Part shown: positions 6,496 to 15,333 of the stretch, in pieces
Position numbering within the stretch: position 1 is the first letter of the stretch
How the letters are laid out: each line of letters begins with the position of its first letter
Source: Candidatus Electrothrix sp. GW3-4
Lineage (GTDB): Bacteria > Desulfobacterota > Desulfobulbia > Desulfobulbales > Desulfobulbaceae
DNA: 32,000 nucleotides
Assembly (NCBI RefSeq): GCF_037902255.1
Contig: NZ_CP147990.1
Coordinates: forward strand, 4,230,001-4,262,000
Reading direction: 5' to 3'
The notes under the pieces: generated by a model
The model's database searches: none
Seen by the model: the letters and a program-made list of their open reading frames with translations, nothing else
What the model was told of the DNA's origin: nothing
Made by a program: the position numbers and the translations under genes

Positions 6496-7597
6496 TTTCC
6501 CATCCCCGAGCCATTACCTCAGCCGGAGGCAGATCGGCTACTTGAGGAAACTGATCAACAACAACATGCGCCCCTTCCTGACGAGAGAACCAAAGCTCTG
6601 TTCCCCGTGCCATCTTGTTGATAATTTCAGGATGATGAGAGGTGATGAGAGCCTGTTTGTCGTGTTCATCACAGATATCGTTAAGATTTTCAAGCCAAGG
6701 CTGAATTTCGCGTATAGAAATAAAGTTGTCCGGCTCATCAATCAGCACGGTCGAAAAAATTCCGGCCCGCAGAGCCTCCAAAATCGTGTAGAGAACAATC
6801 AACTGTCGCTGCCCGTCAGAAATATTTGAGAAGGAGAACTCATAGTCCTTACCTTCAATGCGGAATGTTGCTGTTAATTTTCGTGATTCACCCGCCTCTC
6901 TAAGGCTCAACTGTTCAAACCCAGGGAGAACGTCCTCTAAAAGTTCTTTTGCCTTATAACTGACAGCGGGTTCTTCCTGCAGGAGATGGCGATACCACTG
7001 GGAAAAATTTTCAGTATGTTTAGAAAGGTTACGCGACTCAGCAACAGCTGCGTCCTGTACAAGTAAGGGAACAGGATGAATCAGCAGAATCTTCTCCAAT
7101 TCCTCTCTAAACATGATTAATGGTTTATTATCATCACGTTGAGCAACTGTAGGGATGACTGATCGTTCCCAATTCGCCGGAAAAACAGCACCCTCTTCCG
7201 GTTTTTCTGTCTTCCAGTTGATACGATAGAGATGTGCCTCCTGCCCCTCGAACAAGAAAAAGGGAGAACCGTTCCAGATGAGTTGTTCTCGTTTAATACG
7301 CTGCTTCTCTTCATGATCGGCATATTCAATCGTCAAGCTGTACTTATATACCTCATTGTTTACTTTCAGAGAAAATGCTATGCTCTGCTCACGCCTTGTA
7401 TTCCAGGTTGTCAGGCTGTTTCTGTTGAAGATATCGTTCACATGCTCGCCTCGCATCAATCGTTGAACGCTGCGTAATGCATCCAGCACAGAAGTTTTGC
7501 CCGACCCATTCTCTCCAAGCCAGAGTTGAAATTCCCCTGGTTTGATTCGAAAATTTGTCAAAGAACGAAAGTTGTCAATATAGATTTCTGTTATCAT
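6488..7597 (-). CDS. SMC/ABC-type ATPase (AAA_15/AAA_21-like)
   Basis: I place the start at MITEIYIDNFRSL (ATG 7597). The 170 extra N-terminal residues in the track ORF read into the GC-rich aroK region. Motifs: Walker A GENGSGKTS, signature-like SDGQRQL, Walker B VLIDEPDNF, H-loop ITSHHP. About 369 aa. Confidence 0.85.
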   Translation of the reverse strand: MITEIYIDNFRSLTNFRIKPGEFQLWLGENGSGKTSVLDALRSVQRLMRGEHVNDIFNRNSLTTWNTRREQSIAFSLKVNNEVYKYSLTIEYADHEEKQRIKREQLIWNGSPFFLFEGQEAHLYRINWKTEKPEEGAVFPANWERSVIPTVAQRDDNKPLIMFREELEKILLIHPVPLLVQDAAVAESRNLSKHTENFSQWYRHLLQEEPAVSYKAKELLEDVLPGFEQLSLREAGESRKLTATFRIEGKDYEFSFSNISDGQRQLIVLYTILEALRAGIFSTVLIDEPDNFISIREIQPWLENLNDICDEHDKQALITSHHPEIINKMARGTELWFSRQEGAHVVVDQFPQVADLPPAEVMARGWENE

Positions 7598-7673
7598 AGA
7601 TATATTTACTTTGTTATTTTCTGATGTCAGGTTGATTAAGTTCGTGCCGAACCTCTGTAGAACAGCATCTTTT

Positions 7674-8351
7674 TCAAAGCCGCCCGTTAATCTCCCCGGC
7701 CAACTCCTCCGGCGTTTTCCCCTCTGTATCCAGAACCAGATCCGAACCCGCCCGATAGAGCGGCTCCCGTTCCTCCAGGATGGCAGAGACCTCCTGAGCC
7801 GGGTTTTCCCAACCTTCCTGCTTGTCCAAGGCAGGGCGTTGCTCGGCCGTCTTCTGATCCAAGGCCAGCCGGGCCAGGGTCGTGGCGAGATCCGTGCGCA
7901 GCCAGACCACAAAGGCATCTCGGCGCAGCTCTTCCCACGCATCTTGGTGCAGAATAGCTCCACCGCCGGTGGCGATGATGGTTTCCTGCCAGGAAGACAG
8001 TTCCTTGAGCAGGGTTCGCTCCTGTCCACGAAAATATGGCCATCCCTGTTGGCTGACGGCATCTGCAATAGAGCAGCCCATACGCTGGTAGAGCTCCTGA
8101 TCCGTGTCAAGAAAGCGAAAACCGGTTAAGCGGGCCAGGGCCTGACCCACAGCGGTCTTGCCCGTGGCCCGAAACCCGGTCAGGACGATGCGCTCAGGAA
8201 GTCCTTGCTGCTCCCCTGCGCCCTTCTTTCTCGCCAACCCATCCCCTGACCTGCTTTTTTTTGTTGCCCTACCTTGCACCTTATTCACAAACTCCTTATG
8301 TTTTGAGGTTGATTTTTCCCTTTTCCTCCTGCCGCAGGTACTGTATGACAT
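7674..8351 (-). CDS. aroK: Shikimate kinase
   Basis: IVLTGFRATGKTAVGQALA (P-loop), FLDTDQEL and ATGGGAIL. The start is uncertain. ATG 8351 gives a 45-aa Lys/Arg-rich extension. In-frame TTG 8237, with AGGGGA upstream, gives a typical ~188-aa protein. The last ~33 codons (7683-7769) form the right direct repeat of the cassette. Confidence 0.8.
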   Translation of the reverse strand: MSYSTCGRRKREKSTSKHKEFVNKVQGRATKKSRSGDGLARKKGAGEQQGLPERIVLTGFRATGKTAVGQALARLTGFRFLDTDQELYQRMGCSIADAVSQQGWPYFRGQERTLLKELSSWQETIIATGGGAILHQDAWEELRRDAFVVWLRTDLATTLARLALDQKTAEQRPALDKQEGWENPAQEVSAILEEREPLYRAGSDLVLDTEGKTPEELAGEINGRL

Positions 8352-8454
8352 ACGGCATAAATTTTCATCCCTCAATGATATCCCATGAAAAAAACTATGA
8401 CCTTGCTCCCTGATCGAAAAGCGGGGGCAAACAAGACCGCTGCGGAGAAGTTCC

Positions 8455-9783
8455 TTGGTTGCGGATAATCTTTTTGCCCTGATTGGCCAGCTCCATTTCC
8501 CTTCCCTGATCATCGGCATGGGCCTGACCGCCCTGGCTATGCTGTCTCTGTTGTTGCTGGTCTGGAACCGACTCCAGCGCGAGAACCTCCTGCTTTCCCT
8601 GCAACTGGAGCAGACCGGCGAGGATGCCCGCCGCTTTGAACAGGAGGCGGAAGAACTGCGGCGGGAGCGGGAGAGCCTGCGGCAGCAGAAGGAAGAGGCG
8701 GAGCGGGATAATATCGGCCTGGAGGCCTTTCTTCACGAGACCCGGGCCATTGCCGGTGAGCGCCAGCAATTCCTCGCCCAAAGCAAGCAGCAGCTGGCAG
8801 AGGATTTTTACAATCTCTCCCGCAAGGTCATGGCCGAGCAGGGGAGGGTCCTGCAGGAGCAGCATGCCGGGGGACTGGAACATCTCCTCTCACCGGTGCG
8901 CAATCAGTTGGATGCCTTTCGTCAGAAGGTGGAGGATGTCTACGAGCGGGAATCCCGCGATCGCCTCTCTCTGAGCAAGGAGGTGGAACATCTCAGGCTG
9001 TTGAACGAGCGGCTCAGTCAGGAGGCGGTGGAGTTGACCCGGGCCTTGCAGGGGACCAATAAATTGCAGGGGCAATGGGGGGAGATGGTCCTGGAGCGGC
9101 TCCTGGAGGAATCGGGTCTCCGACCGGGCAGCGAGTTTGCCACCCAGGTCTCGCTGCGGGATGAGCAGGGGCGTCTCAAACAGCCGGACGTGATCGTTTA
9201 TCTTCCTGAAAAAAGGGCCGTGATCATTGATGCCAAGATGTCCCTGAACAGCTATGTGGCAGCAGGTCGGAGCGATGATGAACAGGAGCGGGAGCAGCAT
9301 CTGGGCAATCATATCAATTCCATTCAACAGCATGTCAAGGGCCTGAGCAAAAAGCAGTACCACGATCTCCCGGAGCTCACCACCCTGGATTTTGTCCTCC
9401 TCTTTATCCCGGTGGAAGGGGCCTTTCAGGCAGCGGTGAGCAGGAAACCGGAGCTGCTCACCCAGGCCCTTCGGCGGCGGGTGATGATTGCCTCGCCCTC
9501 AACCCTGCTGGCCATCCTCCGCACCATCCATCATATCTGGCGGATGGATGAGCAGAACCGCAACAGCCTGATCATTGCCCAGGAGGCAGGCAAGCTCTAT
9601 GATAAGTTTGTTGGTTTCACCGAGGCCTTTAGCGAGGTCGGAACCCGCCTGGATCAGGCCCACCAGAGCTGGCAATTAGCAGAAAAACGTTTGAGCACAG
9701 GCAAAGGTAATCTCATAGACCGGGCTGAGGCCCTGCGACAGCTCGGGGTGCAGCCGAGCAAGGATCTGGCAAAGGAACGATGA
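8455..9783 (+). CDS. rmuC: DNA recombination protein RmuC
   Basis: 442 aa: N-terminal TM helix, long coiled coil, then an RmuC nuclease-like core (PDVIVYLPEKRAVIIDAKMSL, LLFIPVEGAF). The start is TTG 8455 or ATG 8518. Confidence 0.9.
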   Translation: MVADNLFALIGQLHFPSLIIGMGLTALAMLSLLLLVWNRLQRENLLLSLQLEQTGEDARRFEQEAEELRRERESLRQQKEEAERDNIGLEAFLHETRAIAGERQQFLAQSKQQLAEDFYNLSRKVMAEQGRVLQEQHAGGLEHLLSPVRNQLDAFRQKVEDVYERESRDRLSLSKEVEHLRLLNERLSQEAVELTRALQGTNKLQGQWGEMVLERLLEESGLRPGSEFATQVSLRDEQGRLKQPDVIVYLPEKRAVIIDAKMSLNSYVAAGRSDDEQEREQHLGNHINSIQQHVKGLSKKQYHDLPELTTLDFVLLFIPVEGAFQAAVSRKPELLTQALRRRVMIASPSTLLAILRTIHHIWRMDEQNRNSLIIAQEAGKLYDKFVGFTEAFSEVGTRLDQAHQSWQLAEKRLSTGKGNLIDRAEALRQLGVQPSKDLAKER

Positions 9784-11144
9784 TGCAAAAGAAAGGAATG
9801 ACCGCCCGTGGCCTGGCCCTGGAGACCCTGGTGCAATGGACAGGCAGCGGCAAGCCGGTGCAAGGCTTTATCAATAGGATTATTCATGACTCGGGCCTGA
9901 AGAATGAGGAGCGTCAGCTGGCCGTGATGCTGGTGCTGGCCGTGTTGCGGGAGCAGGAATATCTTGATCTGCTTATCAGCAGCTTTTCCAAGACCAAGTT
10001 GCGCAAAATGAAGCCGCTGACCTTGGCTGCCCTGCGGATTGGGGTGGTGCAGATCTGCCGCCTGGAGCGTATCCCGGATTCAGCTGCGGTGAATGAGACG
10101 GTCAAGGCCCTGAAAAAGATGCGTCAGCCTGGCTGGCTCTGTAGTTTTGTCAACGGGACCCTGCGTAATATCGCACGAAGCAAGGAGAGCCTGCCAAGCC
10201 CGGAAGAGGCAGGCCCAGGAGGGACGCCGGTGCTCAATCATCCGGTCTGGCTGACCGAGCGTTGGCAGGAGCATTTTGGTCGGGAGCAGATGCAGGCGAT
10301 CTGCCGGGTGAATAATACGGAACCGGCACTCTGTCTTCAGGTCAATCAGGTGCGAACAGATCAAGAGACCCTGGCTGAGCAATTTTCAGAGCAGGGGATA
10401 CGAACCGAGCCGGGCAGCTTTGCTCTGGACAGTCTGATCCTCCAGGAGCAGCGGGGGGCAGTGACCGACTTACCCGGTTTTACTGAGGGCCTCTTTCAGG
10501 TCCAGGATCAGGCAGCGCGCCTGGCCTGTGAGCTTTTGAGACCCTTCAAGGAGCAAGGGCGGTACCTGGACGGCTGTGCAGGTTTAGGTGGCAAGACCTG
10601 CATCCTTGCCGCGCTGCTTCCTCAGGATGCCTCGCTTGTTGCGGTGGAGCCGGATCAGCGGCGCTCCCGCCTCTTGCAGGAGAATCTTCAGCGCCAGGGC
10701 CTGAGCGAGAAGGTAGAAACCGTGCAGCAGGGGTTGCAGGGCTTTGCTGCTGACGATGATCGCCTTTTTGACGGCATCTTTATTGATGCCCCCTGTTCCG
10801 GCACCGGGATCATTCGCAAGCATCCTGACATCCGCTGGAACCGGCAGCCTGAAGACCTTGTCAGCTCTCAGAAAACCCAGCTTGCATTATTGCAAACAGC
10901 GGCTACCTTGATTAAACCTGGTGGGGTACTCGTCTATGCCACCTGCTCCCTGGAGCCGGAGGAAAATCAGCAGGTGGTGGAGCAGTTTCTCACTACCAAC
11001 CCTGCCTTTGCACTGACTGATTGCCGGGATTTTCTGCCTGCCTCAGCTGCTTCCCTGGTGGATGCGCAGGGCTTTTTTGCACCGCTGCCCACAGAGGAGA
11101 TTGAGGGGTTCTTTGCAGCACGGTTAGTGCGGAGTGCATTATAA
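9780..11144 (+). CDS. rsmB: 16S rRNA (cytosine967-C5)-methyltransferase
   Basis: 454 aa: NusB-like N-terminal domain followed by FIDAPCSGTGIIRKHPDIRW and YATCSLEPEENQ (RsmB/Sun m5C methyltransferase motifs). ATG overlaps the rmuC stop. Confidence 0.9.
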   Translation: MMQKKGMTARGLALETLVQWTGSGKPVQGFINRIIHDSGLKNEERQLAVMLVLAVLREQEYLDLLISSFSKTKLRKMKPLTLAALRIGVVQICRLERIPDSAAVNETVKALKKMRQPGWLCSFVNGTLRNIARSKESLPSPEEAGPGGTPVLNHPVWLTERWQEHFGREQMQAICRVNNTEPALCLQVNQVRTDQETLAEQFSEQGIRTEPGSFALDSLILQEQRGAVTDLPGFTEGLFQVQDQAARLACELLRPFKEQGRYLDGCAGLGGKTCILAALLPQDASLVAVEPDQRRSRLLQENLQRQGLSEKVETVQQGLQGFAADDDRLFDGIFIDAPCSGTGIIRKHPDIRWNRQPEDLVSSQKTQLALLQTAATLIKPGGVLVYATCSLEPEENQQVVEQFLTTNPAFALTDCRDFLPASAASLVDAQGFFAPLPTEEIEGFFAARLVRSAL

Positions 11145-11431
11145 TGACAAGGAAAATAGCCATAGCTCCTGAATCCATGACTCATCACTATCTATTGGTA
11201 GCTGTTTTTTTCGTTTTTTCGTTGTTAACAATTTCATTTTATGGGCATTTATTAAGATCTCTGATAAAGGAGAACTGGGTATATTCCGTATTTTTTTGGG
11301 GTTGCTATGGGCTGGTATTTGTTTTCACCCATAAATTATATTCGAGGTTTAGCCTCTTGTTTAAATACATTTTCATAGCAATTCTTATGCTGCTTTTTGG
11401 CATCCCGTTTCTTGTTAAAGCATATTTATAA
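11144..11431 (+). CDS. Small hydrophobic membrane protein (hypothetical)
   Basis: 95 aa with 3 predicted TM segments. Its ATG overlaps the rsmB stop (TAATGA). There is an abrupt drop to AT-rich composition. Confidence 0.45.
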   Translation: MTRKIAIAPESMTHHYLLVAVFFVFSLLTISFYGHLLRSLIKENWVYSVFFWGCYGLVFVFTHKLYSRFSLLFKYIFIAILMLLFGIPFLVKAYL

Positions 11432-11473
11432 CGGAATGTTGCGAGAATCAGAGTGTTAACAGAGGTAAAACGT

Positions 11474-11947
11474 ATGTTAATCGTCACTCATTTTGCAGTA
11501 CCATTTTACTCGTACTATCTCACAGATCCCTTCCTGAAAAAGTACAAAGACAAGAAAGAGCTTTTCTTGTATTCCTGCGTCATTGGCCTGGCGGGTCTGA
11601 CACCTGATATTTTTCGCGCCCATTTAACCCTACAGTCCAGATATAACGCATTTTCTCACACAGCCTTCGCACCGATGATTGCCCTCTTAGTCACTATGCT
11701 CGCTGTGTTTTTTGTGGGGATACCAAAGCGATTTCTCTTCTGGATTCCACTGGGGGTGACAACTCATCTCCTTTTGGACGCAGTATCAGGGGGGATCAGG
11801 TTGTTTCCTTCAGGAGAGATCATTGGCGACAGCATGATTAAATTTTCTTTCTGGGGATTTTTTGAGATATTTTTCTTCTCCCTGCTTATTATTACGTATA
11901 AACATGATATAAGAAAATTCGTCAAAAAAGCAGAAACCTATAATTAG
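11474..11947 (+). CDS. Membrane-bound metal-dependent hydrolase, YdjM/DUF457-like
   Basis: Conserved His/Asp pattern in TM helices (THF..., PD, SH, THLLLDA). ATG 11474, preceded by GAGGT, is preferred over the track's GTG 11453. Confidence 0.6.
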   Translation: MLIVTHFAVPFYSYYLTDPFLKKYKDKKELFLYSCVIGLAGLTPDIFRAHLTLQSRYNAFSHTAFAPMIALLVTMLAVFFVGIPKRFLFWIPLGVTTHLLLDAVSGGIRLFPSGEIIGDSMIKFSFWGFFEIFFFSLLIITYKHDIRKFVKKAETYN

Positions 11948-12018
11948 GCTATGAGCTTATTCCTGTCAGGAGCGCTTTGGCGTACACCTGATACTTTATT
12001 TTTCAAGAGGTTATAAAA

Positions 12019-12606
12019 ATGGCAGAAATAAAATCCACTATGGAGTTAGTTATGGAACGTGCCGCCCGCATGGGCAAGGCAAGCAATGAAGAGCTCCAAC
12101 AGGAAGAAATACAAAAAAACGGAATGAAGCTGGCCGCTGATTTTCTCGACGGAAAGGTCGAGAGCCTGATGACCACCCTAACCGAGCAGCCTGAAGACCA
12201 TCAGGTAACCATTCGTAATGGTATGGTCGAAACCCTGCTGCGCAATATTTTCCTCCATCGCGATGAACTGGGCAAAGAGCGAACGGAAAAGGCCACTCAG
12301 GGGATCCGGGAGGTCAGTGGTGATGCTGGCGAGGTAGGAAACATCTGTGCAGAGATGCAGAATGTCCTTGGGCAGTATAATCAGCACCGGGAACAGCTTC
12401 GCCAGCAGCTGGAGGACCAGATCCGCATGCAGTACGAGCAGATGATGGCCCAACAGGCCGGTATGCAGGGTGGTGGTGCGCAGATTGAACATGCTCTGGA
12501 GGCCAAGGTCAATGAGGAGCTGGCACGAATGGAGGCAGAGCTGACAGACCAGTACAATCAGGCCTTAGAGCAGTATAAAGAGGCTCTCAGAGAACGCTTG
12601 GGTTGA
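12019..12606 (+). CDS. Hypothetical coiled-coil, Gln/Glu-rich protein
   Basis: 195-aa ORF with normal composition. No motif recognised. Confidence 0.6.
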   Translation: MAEIKSTMELVMERAARMGKASNEELQQEEIQKNGMKLAADFLDGKVESLMTTLTEQPEDHQVTIRNGMVETLLRNIFLHRDELGKERTEKATQGIREVSGDAGEVGNICAEMQNVLGQYNQHREQLRQQLEDQIRMQYEQMMAQQAGMQGGGAQIEHALEAKVNEELARMEAELTDQYNQALEQYKEALRERLG

Positions 12607-12627
12607 GCAAGAGGAAGGAAGAGGGGG

Positions 12628-13191
12628 TTATTGCTTTCCTTCCTCTTCCACCAGAAAGACCTGACGTAATTTATAGAAATAGTCAAATCCCGACCAAACG
12701 GTCAGCACCAAAGCGACATAGACGACAACAAGACCTATGTGATGCAGGTAGGGAATAGGAAGAAGGCCGAGGGGGAAGATCAGGGTACCGAGGCCTATAT
12801 ATTGCAAGGTGGATTTGACCTTGCCCAGGCCGCTGGCGGAAACTACAATCCCGGAGGATGAGGCAAGACCGCGCAGCCCAGTGACCATCATCTCTCGGGA
12901 GACAATCACTAAAGCAACCCAGGCCGGGATGCGCCCCAACGGTATCAGCATAATGAGGGCCGTGGCCACCAGCAGTTTATCTGCCAGGGGATCCATGAGT
13001 TTCCCCAGGGTGGTCACTGCCTTAAAACGACGGGCAAGGTAGCCATCAACCCAGTCTGAGGCCGCAGCAATAACGAAGAGCAGGCAACAGAAAAAGGCTA
13101 TACCGGTTTTTTGCTCAAACATGAGCAAGATCGCCAGGAGAGCAGTGAGGAGAAGACGGAAGGCGGTTATCAGATTGGGTAGGTGTTGCAT
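12628..13191 (-). CDS. pgsA: CDP-diacylglycerol--glycerol-3-phosphate 3-phosphatidyltransferase
   Basis: CDP-alcohol phosphatidyltransferase motif DWVDGYLARRFKAVTTLGKLMDPLADK. 187 aa, multi-TM. Confidence 0.9.
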   Translation of the reverse strand: MQHLPNLITAFRLLLTALLAILLMFEQKTGIAFFCCLLFVIAAASDWVDGYLARRFKAVTTLGKLMDPLADKLLVATALIMLIPLGRIPAWVALVIVSREMMVTGLRGLASSSGIVVSASGLGKVKSTLQYIGLGTLIFPLGLLPIPYLHHIGLVVVYVALVLTVWSGFDYFYKLRQVFLVEEEGKQ

Positions 13192-13350
13192 GAAAATAGT
13201 AGAGCTCAGAGCTTCAGGGAAGATACCCTATGTTGCTTGCAGCGTACGTTAAAATCAGGTGAGGAGGTTCTCTTAATTTTCTGGGAACAGGGCATTCGTC
13301 CCCGTATACACGGTGAGTAACCGCGAGTTATATAAGGGTTAACGGTTTTG

Positions 13351-14127
13351 TTAGTTAACCGTTACCATGTCTCGAACACGAATACTGGTGGTCATGGCTA
13401 CTGCGGGTTGGTACTTCGCTCGTCGGGGTTTGCTGCCTTTTTTATAGGCCTTGTACTGACGAAGAACCTTGCCCACATAGGCGATGGTCTCGGGGATACG
13501 TGGGATTTTTTTGCGCACCCGTGCTGGTCCGGCATTATAGGCAGCCAGACTGAGGCGTAGATCACCATTAAAACGTTTCAGTAACCATTTTATGTACTTG
13601 GTTCCGCCGTAGATATTATCCCGAGGATTAAAGGGGTCTTTGACCTTAAGATCTTTTGCCGTTGCTGGCATAAGTTGCATCAAGCCCTGTGCACCTTTTG
13701 ACGAGACAGCTTTGCTGTTAAAGGCGGATTCTGTTTTTATAATCGCCTTAATCAGCAGGGGGTCGACCTTATGGGCCTGGGCCGCATGTCTGATATGCTT
13801 GTCAAACCGGGTGTTGTCAGTATATCTCCAACGTTTCCCACTGTGAAGTTTCAGCGCTTTTCGATTGGTGCTCTGCACCTTCGGGGTTCGAAACGATATA
13901 CCCTCTTCCTGCGGTGTTGAGAGAGGAGAGAGAGAGATCGGTTCGTAGCGATCCGTGGGGACATTGGTATAATGGGCAACGCCATACTTATCTATATATC
14001 TGTAAATTTCTTCTCCAGACACCTTTCCTTGATGGACAAGGAGCAGCAAACAGGTTGCGGCAAATAAATAACGGGTTGCACAGGGGCTCATGATAAAGTA
14101 TGCGGTTATTTTTGTCGTTTTTCCCAA
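13351..14127 (-). CDS. Lytic transglycosylase (DUF4124-like N-terminus plus SLT domain)
   Basis: [17 protein letters not shown] (DUF4124-like). SLT motifs [23 protein letters not shown] and AYNAGP. The alternative start ATG 14091 would avoid the 22-nt overlap with the upstream gene. Confidence 0.85.
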   Translation of the reverse strand: MGKTTKITAYFIMSPCATRYLFAATCLLLLVHQGKVSGEEIYRYIDKYGVAHYTNVPTDRYEPISLSPLSTPQEEGISFRTPKVQSTNRKALKLHSGKRWRYTDNTRFDKHIRHAAQAHKVDPLLIKAIIKTESAFNSKAVSSKGAQGLMQLMPATAKDLKVKDPFNPRDNIYGGTKYIKWLLKRFNGDLRLSLAAYNAGPARVRKKIPRIPETIAYVGKVLRQYKAYKKGSKPRRAKYQPAVAMTTSIRVRDMVTVN

Positions 14128-14750
14128 TCGGCCAAGAACTTCTCCATACCGATATCAGTCAGCGGATGCTTGGCGAGTTGGGCGATGACCTTATAGGGAA
14201 TCGTGGCAATATCTGCCCCAATTAAAGCAGATTGGGCAACGTGCTGTGGGCTACGTACTGAAGCAACGATGACCTCGGTGGAGAGGGAATAGTTGGCAAA
14301 GATGGTCATGATATCGCCAATCAACTCCATTCCGTCCAAGGAGATGTCGTCAATGCGTCCAACAAAGGGGCTGACATAGGTTGCTCCTGCCTTGGCCGCA
14401 AGCAGGGCCTGGGTGGAGGAGAAAATCAGGGTTACATTGGTTTTGATATTTTCTGCTGCCAGCCGTTTTACCGCCTTCAGGCCTTCTTCGGTCATTGGCA
14501 CCTTGATGACGATATTTTTATGGATTGCGGCGAGCTCGCGTCCTTCGCTCACCATACCATCAGCTTCAAGGCTGATTACTTCAGCGCTGATTGGACCGTC
14601 GACCAAGGCGCAGATATCGGCAAGGATCTCTGTAAAGGGGCGTTGCTCTTTGGAGACAAGCGACGGGTTGGTGGTGACACCGTCCACCATGCCCAGCTCA
14701 AGCCCTTTTTTGATCTTATCAATATTTGCCGTATCTATAAAAAATTTCAT
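14106..14750 (-). CDS. tal: Short transaldolase / fructose-6-phosphate aldolase family (TalC/Fsa type)
   Basis: I place the start at [16 protein letters not shown]...[10 protein letters not shown] (ATG 14750), not at the track's 14801. About 214 aa, with IVIKVP and SPFVGRIDD motifs. Confidence 0.9.
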   Translation of the reverse strand: MKFFIDTANIDKIKKGLELGMVDGVTTNPSLVSKEQRPFTEILADICALVDGPISAEVISLEADGMVSEGRELAAIHKNIVIKVPMTEEGLKAVKRLAAENIKTNVTLIFSSTQALLAAKAGATYVSPFVGRIDDISLDGMELIGDIMTIFANYSLSTEVIVASVRSPQHVAQSALIGADIATIPYKVIAQLAKHPLTDIGMEKFLADWEKRQK

Positions 14751-15037
14751 TCTTTTCCTCCCGGCTCGCCGGTAAATTGGTCGCAGCAGGAATCGCTGCA
14801 AAAATAATAGGTTTTTCCATTCTGACGCAAACGAATGGCCTGATGCTTAGGGAGCAGGGTATGACATACCGGGTCTTCGACCAGGATGTCCTGGACAGTT
14901 GTCTCATCCGCTTGCTTGGATTTTTTCCAGAGCTGATCTTTTGCTTCTTGCGTGATCTTCTCACGGATCAGGCTGCGCACTAATCGCCAGGCAATATAGA
15001 GGAGGAGGGCAAGGAGCAATAAGCGTTGCGGACTCAT
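14747..15037 (-). CDS. Membrane-anchored YHS/TRASH-domain protein
   Basis: 96 aa: N-terminal TM helix and a C-terminal [15 protein letters not shown] (YHS/TRASH-type metal-binding motif). Its stop overlaps the tal start by 4 nt. Confidence 0.65.
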   Translation of the reverse strand: MSPQRLLLLALLLYIAWRLVRSLIREKITQEAKDQLWKKSKQADETTVQDILVEDPVCHTLLPKHQAIRLRQNGKTYYFCSDSCCDQFTGEPGGKE

Positions 15038-15094
15038 GCCGTTTCCCCTGATATTTTGGCCTGCCTGATTAACTGAATAGAATGCATATGACTA

Positions 15095-15325
15095 TTATAA
15101 TCGCGTGAACTCAAAAGTCGAATCTATTTTTTGAGACGGCTTGATGGAGGTAACCCCATTGAATACGAGAATATTTTTTTCGTGATGGGGAGAGAATAAA
15201 GAAATATCCTCTCGCCCCAAAATGGTTAATTGGTCCCAAGGGCTCAAGATATTTGCTGCTTGCACGCATGATCTTCTTGCGAATTTGCTGGTGATGAATG
15301 CTCCTTGTAGATTCTTATCCTGCAT
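15095..15325 (-). CDS. Hypothetical small protein
   Basis: 76-aa ORF only. A weak resemblance to a degenerate PilZ-like pattern (RR..., DIS...) is not convincing. Confidence 0.3.
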   Translation of the reverse strand: MQDKNLQGAFITSKFARRSCVQAANILSPWDQLTILGREDISLFSPHHEKNILVFNGVTSIKPSQKIDSTFEFTRL

Positions 15326-15333
15326 TTTGCAGG

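Noticed and set aside
7598-8110. The N-terminal 170 residues of track ORF 6488..8110, plus ORFs 7611..8129, 7687..8043 and 7882..8091
   Set aside because: They read through or antisense to aroK in the wrong frame (Arg/Pro/Trp-rich, no motifs). The ATPase begins at the canonical MITEIYIDNF at 7597, where composition switches to AT-rich.
13330-13362. Hairpin AACGGTT-n9-AACCGTT overlapping the lytic transglycosylase stop, as a possible intrinsic terminator
   Set aside because: The stem is short (7 bp), no U-tract follows on the minus strand, and half of it is coding sequence.
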